46,953 nt of DNA, taken from the NCBI GenBank assembly GCA_036479435.1, contig JAZGFI010000195.1:1-46953 (forward strand), read 5' to 3'. Below the pieces are notes generated by a model. That model had not been told where the DNA came from and did not search any database. It was given only the letters and a program-made list of their open reading frames with translations. The position numbers and the translations under genes are program-made. The DNA is from Planctomycetota bacterium (lineage in GTDB: Bacteria > Planctomycetota > GCA-002687715 > DRQF01). Positions 26,349 to 35,997 of this stretch are shown one piece after another. The stretch's first letter is position 1. Every line of letters begins with the position of its first letter.

Positions 26349-28396
26349 TAGTCTTCTGACTCCCAGTTTAGTCGATCATAGCGCGTGTAGATCGGGACTG
26401 TGACCAGAAGGTGGCCTCGCGATCGAAAGAGCCGAGTTTCGAAAACGACTTTTTCTGGTTCGGGTTTCTTCGCCACCACGGGCTTTGATGCCGGCTTTTC
26501 TTCTTCAACGGGCTTCGCCTCCGCCGAATTTTCTTGCGCTTCGGCGTCCGCTCCCCGGCGGCCGCCGCGTCTGCCTTTTCGTCCGCCACGACGGCCGGAC
26601 TTCTTTTTCTTCTTCTCAAAGCGTTTGCGCACTTTGAGTTCGACACTGGCGGCGACGTAGACGTCGCCAATGTTGTTGGCCTGCCATTTTCTCTTGGGAT
26701 TCGGCCCGTCAATGCCGGGCGTAAACACCCCGGTCTGAGCGTCAATGACGCCAACGTAAAGGACGTCGTCGTCACCATCGCGAACCGGAAATTCCTCGAG
26801 CTTCCAGGTCGCATCGACGCGTTTCACGCGAATGTCGTCGGCGGTACCGATCTTGTCATCAGGACCACGATTCATGGCGATGGCCTCGAAGCGTTCGAAC
26901 TGCTTCGGCATGCGGCCACCCCCAATTCTGGAAAAGCCGCGCAAGGGCTCAATTTTCAGGTAGTCGATGTAGTCGTAGAGTGTCAAACACTCTTTGCCCT
27001 TGATGGCTCCAAAGGAAACGCATCGCAAGCCCGGCTCGGACCCCAAAGCAACATCGACCGTCAACTCGATGTGCTCGTTGTCGAGACGCCGTGTGCCCTT
27101 GATGGTGACCCCTTGGCCGAGGTGAAAGTCACTGGCGGAAATCACCGGAGGGAAGCCCGAACCCACGACCACGACTTTTGCGTCGGTCGCAGGGATTTGT
27201 AGCGGCTCATCGATCACCCCGTGCAGCGCTGTTCCCAAGCCGCGACGCATGAGTTCGACCTCGATACCCAGCTCGTTGTATTCACCGCGAAAGAGGCGAC
27301 CCTTGAAGGTATTCCAGGCTTCATCGAGGATCATGACCTCTTTCATGGCCTCGGCGGCATCGCCGGTCGCACCGTCGATTTCGTTGCGCCCGCGCCAAGA
27401 AAACCCGCCGTAAAGCAGTCCCTTGCCCGAGCGCACAAACTCGTCGCCGTTTGGGTACTGCAAAGTCCACTGCGTTGTGAACTGTCTGTCGTCGACTTTT
27501 TTAATCGTACAATGGCCGAGCAGTTGACCACGGCCGACTTCATAGCCAATCACGTTCCAGGTGCCCGCGATGGGGATCTCGCGGCGGTTCTTTTTCCAAG
27601 ACTTCCAAGAATCGGTGAACAGCGGCTGTTCCTTCGCGAGCATTTTCATGACTTTGTCCGCGCGGTCGCCTTTGCGCTTGGATTCGGCGCGCTGGCGCTC
27701 GCGGTAGTCATCGATCTCCGATTCGGACATGCTTGCCCAATCGGGCTCCGAACTATCGCTGCTTCCGCCGCCACGCCGCCGGCTGCCGCGAAAAGCCTGA
27801 AAGTCTGCCAGTGGGAACATGGCGAGATGAGTCGTCTTCAGCAACTTCCACTCGTCGGCGTCGCGATACTCGTTTAGAACCCGGCCCAAAGCGTGACAGG
27901 CCGCACAGGTCTTCCGAAAGTCCTCGTCTTCTTTTTCTTCCGTCCAATGAACGCGGCGCTCGTTTTCGTACATCCCGCGCGCTGCCTCCTCACGCGTGAG
28001 TCCATGCTCACTCGCGAGGTAGCGCAAAATAAGCCGGGCATCATCGCCCTCCAAGTACACCTGTTGCAAACGCACCATGCGCTTCAACGTGATCTCCCAA
28101 CCTTCAGGAGATTTCCGCATGTAGCTGATGCGTGTCATGTGACCACGATCATCGAGCTGGTGACAAAGGACGCACTTTTCCTTCAGCAATTCGTTGGTGA
28201 TGGGAAGTCCGGGCTTGATTTTTGGCTTCTTGGGGGTCGAAGGCTTCTTCTTCTTGGCGTCAGTGGGTGCCGGCTGAGAGCTGGGCCGCGAACTCGAAGG
28301 GGCCCCGTCGTCTTGGGCCAGAGCGGGGGTTCCCAAGATGATGGAGGCCGCCAAGCAAAAAAGACCCGTTAGTAGATAGCGACTTGGTTGCGGCAT
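26348..28396 (-). CDS. qhpA: Quinohemoprotein amine dehydrogenase alpha subunit (diheme)
   Basis: Signal peptide; CVLCH and CAACH; RISYMRKSPEGW..RM; GPDDKIGTADD; GPNPKRK..NNIGDV; HLLVTVP. Start is ATG 28396 or TTG 28414. Confidence 0.93.
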   Translation of the reverse strand: MPQPSRYLLTGLFCLAASIILGTPALAQDDGAPSSSRPSSQPAPTDAKKKKPSTPKKPKIKPGLPITNELLKEKCVLCHQLDDRGHMTRISYMRKSPEGWEITLKRMVRLQQVYLEGDDARLILRYLASEHGLTREEAARGMYENERRVHWTEEKEDEDFRKTCAACHALGRVLNEYRDADEWKLLKTTHLAMFPLADFQAFRGSRRRGGGSSDSSEPDWASMSESEIDDYRERQRAESKRKGDRADKVMKMLAKEQPLFTDSWKSWKKNRREIPIAGTWNVIGYEVGRGQLLGHCTIKKVDDRQFTTQWTLQYPNGDEFVRSGKGLLYGGFSWRGRNEIDGATGDAAEAMKEVMILDEAWNTFKGRLFRGEYNELGIEVELMRRGLGTALHGVIDEPLQIPATDAKVVVVGSGFPPVISASDFHLGQGVTIKGTRRLDNEHIELTVDVALGSEPGLRCVSFGAIKGKECLTLYDYIDYLKIEPLRGFSRIGGGRMPKQFERFEAIAMNRGPDDKIGTADDIRVKRVDATWKLEEFPVRDGDDDVLYVGVIDAQTGVFTPGIDGPNPKRKWQANNIGDVYVAASVELKVRKRFEKKKKKSGRRGGRKGRRGGRRGADAEAQENSAEAKPVEEEKPASKPVVAKKPEPEKVVFETRLFRSRGHLLVTVPIYTRYDRLNWESED

Positions 28397-28577
28397 GGTG
28401 AGTCCGGGAGTCAAAAGACAGGTTCGGCGACGCGTATCCTACCTGGGGCCAGCCGAAAGGTCAGCCCAGGGAGGCTAGAAGCTTCTGCCTTGTCTTAAAC
28501 CGCTACCGAACTCCCGCCTTTCGGCAGACAGGAAAAAAGGCGATTCCACGGCTCTCAGGATCGCGTTGCCGCCCAAT

Positions 28578-30695
28578 TCATGGCACCAGCGTGACCGCGT
28601 TGGGAATGATGATGGGTGCCGCAAATCCGGGAAAAGTCACGGCGAGGTCGAGTGGGACTCCACCCGCCGGAACCGCGACCACCGTCAACGGGGCCATCGC
28701 ACTGACTTGAAGGACTTCGAAGTCGCGAAAGCCGCTGGGGATGGGAATGGTCGTCACCGCGCTGGGGATCAGATCAGCCTGGTCCGGACCGACAGCGAGG
28801 GCTGAGGGCGTGAGCGGGAATGGGTTTGCAAAGAAAGTCCCTGTCGGATCGACCAGCTCGATGGTGACTTGAGGCGCACCGAGGGTGTCAAATACGAACT
28901 GGAAGTAGCCGATGAGAGCGAGGCTCTGTAGGGCTGGTGCCGAGTTCGACAGCTGATTACCGCCAACCGCGGCTCCCACAACGCCCGCGAAGTCGTCGGG
29001 GCGCGAACGTTCGGGCACGGAGTGGTAGCGGTCCATCGCAGGTCCTAAGCCGCTGAAGGTCGGAGGGTAAAAAGTGATCGAACGCCGATTCCAACCGCTT
29101 CCATTGGAGTAGGCCGCAACCCCACCGCTGACGACGTTGAGCGAACTAGTCGGAAACGAATTGGTCGTGGCCTGTTGCAGCAAGGGTTCATTGAGTCCCG
29201 CCGCAAAGCGACTAAGACCCAAATCAACGTTGACTGGCATCGCCGTCAACAGGCCCGGCGAGATACCTACGACGCCGTCGTTACCTTCGTTTGCGGTCGC
29301 ATCGAGCAAGAAGTCCATCCTGATCGTGCCCGCCGCGGGAGGCGGCGCCAGCATGGGATCTTGCAAGGTCAGCGTCACTTCGAGTTGCGCGTTGTCGATA
29401 TCGTTGGCGTGGCTCAGACTGCTGACTCCTGGCTCACCCCAGGTAATGCGGATTTCGTTCTCGAATTCGTAGATGCGTAGCATGCCGACGGCACCCGTGG
29501 ACCCGACCAAATCATAGTCGGCCCAGTTCACGAACACCGCGGGGATGGGCGATGTGGACACGGCTACCGGATCGACAGCCACCGCGCCACCCGCCACGAG
29601 GTTGGGACCGAAAGTCAAAAGGCCGTTCTCGTAAGCCGTCACTTCGGTGTAGGTCTGTCCGTAGAATTCAAAAACCATGTTCGGCAGGAAATCAATGGTG
29701 ACCGAGCCGTTCGTGGGCAGCGGAATTTGTCGCACGCGCCCGGCCCCGTAGATCGGCACCACCGCCGCCGAGAACGCGAGGTTGAGCGGCGGCATTGTCG
29801 GGTCGACGAAGAGCCCCTGGAATCCGTCGTGAGGTACGCCTGCGGCCTGTTGGGCGGCAATTGTGGCGAAGGGAAAGTTGACGTTACTGACGCTGAAGTT
29901 CCCGTTTCCGTCGGTGCTGAAAGGCCCGCCAGCAAAGATCCCGTCGAACAAAAAGGCGTTGCCCGTGGGCAATGCGGGGAAGGGTTGAGCAATGCCGATT
30001 TCAAGAAAATCGCCCCAGGGTGCATGGTAGACACCGTCGCCGTTCGGCCGGAACGGTCCGACGAGAAGCGCGATGTTGGCAAAGGCATTCACACCCGAGT
30101 TCATGACCAGGCCCAAGTCGCCGCCGGCCGCCATCGTCATGGGCACTTCGACTTCGCGAAAGAAATCCTCGGTGGGGTCGCCGGGCGCAATCATGTTGTG
30201 CCCTGATAGAAACAAGCGGGCGTTGGGATTCTGCGGTTGGATGCCAAGGAAGGGCGTCGGGTCGTCCGATTGAAAATCGCTGAAAGTTGGGTTGAAGGCA
30301 ACGCCCGGGGCGCGCGGAGCGGTCGTCGTCCCGCCCGAAGGCCCAATCGCAATCTCGGTGATCATGCTGGTCGCCAGGACGACAAAGCCGTTCGAGATCT
30401 TTTCCTTGGTATCGGGCTTTTTGAGCGCGCGAGCCTGAAAACCGGTCTTTCCGTTCAGGCTGTAGTTGTCATTGATGCCCTCGATCATGAGGGCGGCAAC
30501 GGCGGCTTCGCTGAAGTCGGTTTCCAAAGGGCCGAATTCAATCGTGCGCGTCAAGGCCGTCGATGTGATCTTCAGCACGAAACTCAGGCCCGAGTTGGCG
30601 CTTCCGGTAATGGCGACGGTGCGCTCGAACTGCGCGTTGGCGACGACGCTGGCGAGGAGGAGAGACGCAAGAGCAAGCGGGATATATCTGTTCAT
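28578..30695 (-). CDS. Large secreted protein with a NIDO-like domain
   Basis: Signal peptide MNRYIPLALASLLLASVVANA; FEFYGQTYTEVTAYENGLLTFG..WAD motif. Confidence 0.7.
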   Translation of the reverse strand: MNRYIPLALASLLLASVVANAQFERTVAITGSANSGLSFVLKITSTALTRTIEFGPLETDFSEAAVAALMIEGINDNYSLNGKTGFQARALKKPDTKEKISNGFVVLATSMITEIAIGPSGGTTTAPRAPGVAFNPTFSDFQSDDPTPFLGIQPQNPNARLFLSGHNMIAPGDPTEDFFREVEVPMTMAAGGDLGLVMNSGVNAFANIALLVGPFRPNGDGVYHAPWGDFLEIGIAQPFPALPTGNAFLFDGIFAGGPFSTDGNGNFSVSNVNFPFATIAAQQAAGVPHDGFQGLFVDPTMPPLNLAFSAAVVPIYGAGRVRQIPLPTNGSVTIDFLPNMVFEFYGQTYTEVTAYENGLLTFGPNLVAGGAVAVDPVAVSTSPIPAVFVNWADYDLVGSTGAVGMLRIYEFENEIRITWGEPGVSSLSHANDIDNAQLEVTLTLQDPMLAPPPAAGTIRMDFLLDATANEGNDGVVGISPGLLTAMPVNVDLGLSRFAAGLNEPLLQQATTNSFPTSSLNVVSGGVAAYSNGSGWNRRSITFYPPTFSGLGPAMDRYHSVPERSRPDDFAGVVGAAVGGNQLSNSAPALQSLALIGYFQFVFDTLGAPQVTIELVDPTGTFFANPFPLTPSALAVGPDQADLIPSAVTTIPIPSGFRDFEVLQVSAMAPLTVVAVPAGGVPLDLAVTFPGFAAPIIIPNAVTLVP

Positions 30696-30972
30696 GACTT
30701 AGGGATCGCTTTAACGGGCAAGGGCTTCCGCCGGGTACCTACAAAGACGGAAATGGAACTCGTCCATCGTAGCGATGGCGCCAACATGGCCCAAAGGCAT
30801 TCGAAACCTTGTGAGACGGCGGCCGAGATGCGGCTTCGAAGGGGCTGCCTAAGAGATTGCCGTCAGCGGACTAAACGCGGAAGGACCGCCGACCGATTAG
30901 GTCTTTCTCCGAATATTCTCTCAATCCGCAAATCGACACAAGTTCTGCCGGGATAAGACAAAACACTCGAAA

Positions 30973-33819
30973 ATGTCGCGACAAAGGGCGATGATGCGCG
31001 CGATGAATGACGCCGACCAAGATATGCCGCCCGGACCTGCGGGCAAAAAAGACAGTGGTGCGCCGGTTCGTATTGGGCGCTACCCGATCCTAAAAAGGAT
31101 CGGCCGAGGAGGCATGGGTGAGGTCTTTTTGGGATTCGACGAGCAGCTCCGCCGTCAAGTCGCGATTAAGATCCTGCCCCGCCGCATGGCGGCTGACCCC
31201 GCGTGGATTCAACGATTCGAGCGCGAAGCTACGGCGGTGTCGGCTCTCGAACACCCCTACATCGTTCCGATCTACGAGTTGGGCGTCGCGGGTGACCTGC
31301 ACTTTTTCGTCATGCGCTTCGTCGACGGTGACCCTCTCAATTCCTTCGTCAAAAAACTCCACTGGGAGCTATTGGACGAAAACCCACAGGGCGCCACCGA
31401 GCCTGCAGCCGATCGATCGAAGCCGACCGCCCGGCCAGAGAAAAAGCGCGATGGCTTTGACGACACTTGGGAATCTGATTCCGCAGATGACCCCGACGCC
31501 CTAACGGTCCTTTCGGGTTCAGCCAAAAAGGAAACCCCAGAGAGCGCTCCTGCACTTTCGCCGACCAACACCGAACACCAAGATGACGCCTTCGCGTTTG
31601 AGGCCAAAGGTGGTGACGGTGAAGACATCAGCGTCATCACCACTTTGATTGAAAAGAGCGCGGCCGGTTTGGACTTCGCTCATCGCCAAGGAATCCTTCA
31701 CCGCGACATCAAACCCTCCAACATCATGGTTGATAGCGAAGGGAATCCACAACTGCTCGACTTCGGTCTCGTGAAAATGACGGGGACTCTTGATCTAAAC
31801 AGCGACCGTTCGCGTACGGGTAATATCATCGGCACGGTGCCCTACATCGCACCTGAAGTCTTCAACGGCGACCAGGAACGAATTGACCACCGCGCCGACA
31901 TCTACGCTCTCGGCGTCACTTTGTACGAGTGTGTCTGCGGCGTCCGGCCGTTTAGAGCGGACACGGCGGAAGCCTTGATGTTCAAAATCATCGGCACCGC
32001 ACCGCTGGCGCCGCGGTCATTACGATCTCAGATTTCCAGAGATCTTGAAACGGTGATCTTGAAGGCCATCGAGAAGAACCCGGAGCATCGTTATCAAACC
32101 GCTGCCGACCTCTCTCAAGATCTTAGGAACCTGCGCTTGATGCAAGAGATTGACGCACGCCCGGTCACCCGCATCGTCAAGCTAGCGCGCTGGGCCAATC
32201 GTCAACCAATCCTCGCCTTTGCTGCCCTGATCGGGCTCATCGCCGCCATCGTCTTGCCGACAATCTTCGCGGTCTCTCATCTGCGAGAGCAAGCAGAGCA
32301 AGAGCGAGTCGCCGAGTACACCAAACACATTCGAGGCGCCCAAGTCCTCGACGAAGACCGCAGCGAGCTCAGGACACGGCTTTCGACGACGCGACAAGAA
32401 TTGAACCTTGCGGTACGCACGACGCCCAAACACCTAGCCGCGGACCACGAGGACAAACAAAAGATCTTTCGCCTTCGCCAAAACGTATCGCGCAACGAGC
32501 GCGAATTGGCCAGCCTCGGAGGACGCATCGAGTTTCTGCTGCAGCGTTCCAGGGAGGCCGTCGATCCCCACGCTCCCGATGATCGCGAACGGGTTCTGCT
32601 TTACGCCAAGCTCTATGCTGAGGCCGAGAGCGAAGGCAACCTCGCGCAGATGGCGACCTACCGGGTTTTCTTGGAGGCCGCGGGAGCCAAAGACTTCGCA
32701 AAAGGCGAGGGCAAGATTTGCCTAGTTTGCGATACGCCTGGAGCTCGCGCCGTCATCTACCCCTGCCCGCTTCGCGCGGACGGACGCAAGCTGCCCGACC
32801 TCGCCGCCGGTGAAGACCTCGGCGAGTTGCCGCTCAAAGACCAAGTATGCGAAGCCGGACTTTGGCTCATCGAAGTGAAAGCGACCGGACGAAAGACAGC
32901 GCGTTATCCGGTGCTGGTTGAGCGCGGCGAGACCTGGGGCTCCGCGGATTGGCACGACGGGATGTACGCCGATCGCGACTGGACGCTTCGGCTCCCAGCC
33001 CAGGACAGTCTCTCTGATGCGGACTGGGCGTTTATTCCTGCGGGCCCCTTTCTTGCGACGCGCGAAGACTATGTAGGTCTTGAACCAAGGCTCGGCCTCG
33101 AACTCGAATGGCGTTGGTGCGATGACTTCCTCTTAGCGCGTGAAGAAACCCGCAATTCCGAGTACGCGGAGTTTCTCGAAGATCCCAAGACTTTCCAACT
33201 CGTCTTGGCGCGCATGAACGAACTGGGTGCAGACGGTGAGCCCAAGCGCGAGCTGATCCTCATTCCGCGATTTACCGAATTCGCGAACGCAATGCTGGCG
33301 CTCAATAGCGAGGGGGTGCAGTTTCCCAACAAGCCAGATTTCGATCCGGAGGGCGCCGTCACAGGGATATCAAAGCCGGACGTTGAAAAGTACATCGAGT
33401 GGCTCGCCGACCCCGCCAACGAGGGCCTGCAAACGCGCCTGCCCCGAAGTGACGAGTGGCAAAAAGCCGCCCGCGGGGTGGACGGACGGATTTTCCCCTG
33501 GGGGTCGCGATTCGAATGGTCCTACGCGAGCAGCCGCCACGCCGAGAAGCGAGACAGCCCGCGGGAGTACCCTCGGGCTCCCCGCTCCCAGCCTTTTGAC
33601 CAAAGCCTTTACGGCGTTTTCGACCTGGCCGGTAACGCCTCGGAGTGGTTAGCGGACGGGCCAGATAGCGCTCAGGCCATCAACCAGTTCTACTGGTTTA
33701 CCGGCGGCGCCTTCGGATTCGGCTCCGAATACATGTACGTCTGCTGGCCATGGAACCGCACCCCCTGGGACTACGTCTCCATCACCCTCGGCTTCCGCCT
33801 CGCCCGCGACCTCCCCTAA
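30973..33819 (+). CDS. Hanks-type Ser/Thr kinase with TM segment and C-terminal FGE-sulfatase (SUMF1-like) domain
   Basis: GRGGMGEV, VAIK, HRDIKPSN, DFG, APE; TM; RLPRSDEWQKAARG, DLAGNASEW and GFRLAR. Start may be a few codons downstream. Confidence 0.92.
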   Translation: MSRQRAMMRAMNDADQDMPPGPAGKKDSGAPVRIGRYPILKRIGRGGMGEVFLGFDEQLRRQVAIKILPRRMAADPAWIQRFEREATAVSALEHPYIVPIYELGVAGDLHFFVMRFVDGDPLNSFVKKLHWELLDENPQGATEPAADRSKPTARPEKKRDGFDDTWESDSADDPDALTVLSGSAKKETPESAPALSPTNTEHQDDAFAFEAKGGDGEDISVITTLIEKSAAGLDFAHRQGILHRDIKPSNIMVDSEGNPQLLDFGLVKMTGTLDLNSDRSRTGNIIGTVPYIAPEVFNGDQERIDHRADIYALGVTLYECVCGVRPFRADTAEALMFKIIGTAPLAPRSLRSQISRDLETVILKAIEKNPEHRYQTAADLSQDLRNLRLMQEIDARPVTRIVKLARWANRQPILAFAALIGLIAAIVLPTIFAVSHLREQAEQERVAEYTKHIRGAQVLDEDRSELRTRLSTTRQELNLAVRTTPKHLAADHEDKQKIFRLRQNVSRNERELASLGGRIEFLLQRSREAVDPHAPDDRERVLLYAKLYAEAESEGNLAQMATYRVFLEAAGAKDFAKGEGKICLVCDTPGARAVIYPCPLRADGRKLPDLAAGEDLGELPLKDQVCEAGLWLIEVKATGRKTARYPVLVERGETWGSADWHDGMYADRDWTLRLPAQDSLSDADWAFIPAGPFLATREDYVGLEPRLGLELEWRWCDDFLLAREETRNSEYAEFLEDPKTFQLVLARMNELGADGEPKRELILIPRFTEFANAMLALNSEGVQFPNKPDFDPEGAVTGISKPDVEKYIEWLADPANEGLQTRLPRSDEWQKAARGVDGRIFPWGSRFEWSYASSRHAEKRDSPREYPRAPRSQPFDQSLYGVFDLAGNASEWLADGPDSAQAINQFYWFTGGAFGFGSEYMYVCWPWNRTPWDYVSITLGFRLARDLP

Positions 33820-33883
33820 GCCCAAACCCTCAACATTAGCGTCAGACCAAAGTCACCACCCTTTGGGTCAGCCGCTCTATCCC

Positions 33884-33903
33884 CAGGCCTCAAAAGAGGC
33901 CTG
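33884..33903. terminator. Perfect 8-bp hairpin after the kinase gene (possible terminator)
   Basis: CAGGCCTC-AAAA-GAGGCCTG; only a weak T tract follows. Confidence 0.35.
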
Positions 33904-33994
33904 CATTTGTATGCATCAAGCCGCTATTGATTTCCTGACGAAATAGTCGGTAGAGCCTCCTTTTTCGGAGACCGCTCGGCTGGAAGGAAATCGC

Positions 33995-34612
33995 ATGAAC
34001 CAACACTCGAGACGGCCCGAGGGAGGGCATCTTCTCGTTAATTCGATCATCTGGTTCGCGGTGACCGTGCTGGTTTTGGCGGTCGCCTTTCCCGCCGCGG
34101 GCAAGATCCGCGGGGACCGTCGCGTTGCAGAACTGATCGACACCACGCGAACCCTCGAAACGGCATGTCGGCAGCACTACGCCGACACCAAGACTTTTGC
34201 GCTTGAGTTTTCACCCTCGAGAACCGGGCAGTACAGCTCGCCGCGCTACCACCAGCTCTCGATGAGTCCTGGAACTTCCGGCTGGCGCGGCCCTTACCTT
34301 GAGCAACCACTGAGTTCCGAAGACAACCCCTTCGGCGGCGCGGTGTACCTGCAAAACAAGCTCGGCGCCGATCCTGCCCGTGGATTCAAGCTTCGTTCCA
34401 GCACACCTTCCGCGCCTCTGCGCGATGGGCCGGGGCAATACATCGTCTTCTATGGCGTGCCCAAAGAAATCGCCCTTGCCGTCAACGAACGTCTCGACGG
34501 GGATGACCAGGAGTGGCAAGAGCAAGGCCGAGTCGAATGGCAACCGAGCGGCGGCGGGGCCTTGATCATCAAGCTCAACTTGAACGAAGTGAAGGAAGTA
34601 AGCAAAAAATGA
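33995..34612 (+). CDS. GspG-like pseudopilin with a degenerate prepilin motif
   Basis: AAGGA RBS; N-terminal hydrophobic helix ending in P; GWRGPYL..DNPFGG (GspG-type motif). Confidence 0.7.
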   Translation: MNQHSRRPEGGHLLVNSIIWFAVTVLVLAVAFPAAGKIRGDRRVAELIDTTRTLETACRQHYADTKTFALEFSPSRTGQYSSPRYHQLSMSPGTSGWRGPYLEQPLSSEDNPFGGAVYLQNKLGADPARGFKLRSSTPSAPLRDGPGQYIVFYGVPKEIALAVNERLDGDDQEWQEQGRVEWQPSGGGALIIKLNLNEVKEVSKK

Positions 34613-35187
34613 GTTCGACCAGCAACATCGTCATTGTTCGCTTGCTAATCGGCGTCACCTTCTTGACCGTCATGGCTTCCGCTGCAGTGCCTTCGGCGGT
34701 GCGCCATCGCACTCAGAAGAACAGCAAGGCCATCCTCGGCTTGGTTGAAACCTTGAGGACCGCTTGCGAGAAACACCGCGACGACACGAACATCCTCGCG
34801 ATTGAGTTCGCGGCACCTCAGGCTGGCCACGACTGGTCATCCACGAGCTTTCACCGCCTCTCCATGAAGCAACACTACGAAGGTTGGAATGGGCCCTACA
34901 TCAGCCACCCCATCTCTTCGTCTGACAACCCCTACGGTGGCCACATCTCGCTTTGTAGTGATTGGAAGCATGCCCGGAATCTGCAGTTTGAGATCAGCCG
35001 CCAGGAGTTCGGGCAATTTCTCATCCTCGATCATGTTCCGCAATCGGTGGCGCGGATCTTGGATGCCGAACTGGATGGGCTGAAAGATGATCAAAAACCG
35101 GGAAACCGCTGGGAACGTGATGGCAGCGTCAGGTGGCTCGAGTTCGGCGGACGCCTCATGATCGAACTCGGCGTTCGGCGGCGTTGA
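34609..35187 (+). CDS. Second GspG-like pseudopilin paralog
   Basis: ATGA overlap; LRTACEKH..DT, HRLSM and GWNGPYI..DNPYGG are shared with the upstream gene. Confidence 0.7.
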   Translation: MSSTSNIVIVRLLIGVTFLTVMASAAVPSAVRHRTQKNSKAILGLVETLRTACEKHRDDTNILAIEFAAPQAGHDWSSTSFHRLSMKQHYEGWNGPYISHPISSSDNPYGGHISLCSDWKHARNLQFEISRQEFGQFLILDHVPQSVARILDAELDGLKDDQKPGNRWERDGSVRWLEFGGRLMIELGVRRR

Positions 35188-35217
35188 AATCCGATCCGCC
35201 GGACTTTCTCAGCCAGC

Positions 35218-35997
35218 TTAGAACATTCTCACGGCGGACTTGATACCGAAGTAGCGTCGAAGCATGCGACTGCGATCTTCAAAATCCTTGATTGCGATCA
35301 CTTCTAAACGCCCTCGCTGATTAATCCGAAGCTCGCTTTCGTCCAAACGCACGCGACCATCGGGCGTCGCGGCCGTGACGACGAGGCCTTTCGTCAACCC
35401 GCTTGCTGGCGAAGTTTGGTGGAACTGACAGGCGCCATCAAAATCGGCGATCTCGCAGGCACCTTCTTTGAATCGATAGAGCGGCATCATGCCCATCTCG
35501 GTTCGTTCGTAGCGCTCCAGTATCCAGTCGTCACCATCTTTACGCAGACCATAGGTCTCGCCGAACTGCCGAATCTCCTCGGTCGCGACCAAGGGGATCG
35601 GGTGGCGAAAAGAACGCCGGTAACCAACGTCGACAAGGTAAGGACCCTCCGGCAAATCGACGCGCAAGGTCATGTGGTCGTAGGGAATACCGTAGCTACC
35701 ATCTTGCTGACGAAGCTCCGCAGCCAACATTTGGACTTTGTATCCGAGGGCTTCAAGAAGCGCAGCAAATGAGGAATTCAGCTCGTAACAAATGCCACCT
35801 CGCCGCCGCGTAACGATCTTGTCGTAGACGGCGGAGGGCTCGAGTGAAATCGGCAGCCCTTCCATGATGTCCAGGTTTTCGAAGGGAACGAGCAGCAGAT
35901 GCCGCTCTTGCATCCTCTCAAGGCTGGAAAAATCCGCGCCGCTGATCTCGTCTAAGTCGAGACGTCGCAAATAGCTCTTTGTATCCATCGGTATCAC
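35218..35997 (-). CDS. nat: Arylamine N-acetyltransferase
   Basis: PFENL, RRRGGICYELN (Cys), DHMTL (His) and LVDVG (Asp) triad. Confidence 0.93.
   Translation of the reverse strand: MIPMDTKSYLRRLDLDEISGADFSSLERMQERHLLLVPFENLDIMEGLPISLEPSAVYDKIVTRRRGGICYELNSSFAALLEALGYKVQMLAAELRQQDGSYGIPYDHMTLRVDLPEGPYLVDVGYRRSFRHPIPLVATEEIRQFGETYGLRKDGDDWILERYERTEMGMMPLYRFKEGACEIADFDGACQFHQTSPASGLTKGLVVTAATPDGRVRLDESELRINQRGRLEVIAIKDFEDRSRMLRRYFGIKSAVRMF

Noticed and set aside
28442..28470. Hairpin CCTGGG..GCCGAAAGGT..CCCAGG upstream of qhpA as a riboswitch or ncRNA
   Set aside because: It is short, matches no family I recognise, and folds better on the strand opposite to qhp transcription.
11863..30943. 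Shared 12-mer ATCGACACAAGT in two intergenic regions (11863 and 30932) as a regulator site
   Set aside because: Two copies of a non-palindromic 12-mer are compatible with chance, and their orientation relative to the downstream genes is inconsistent.
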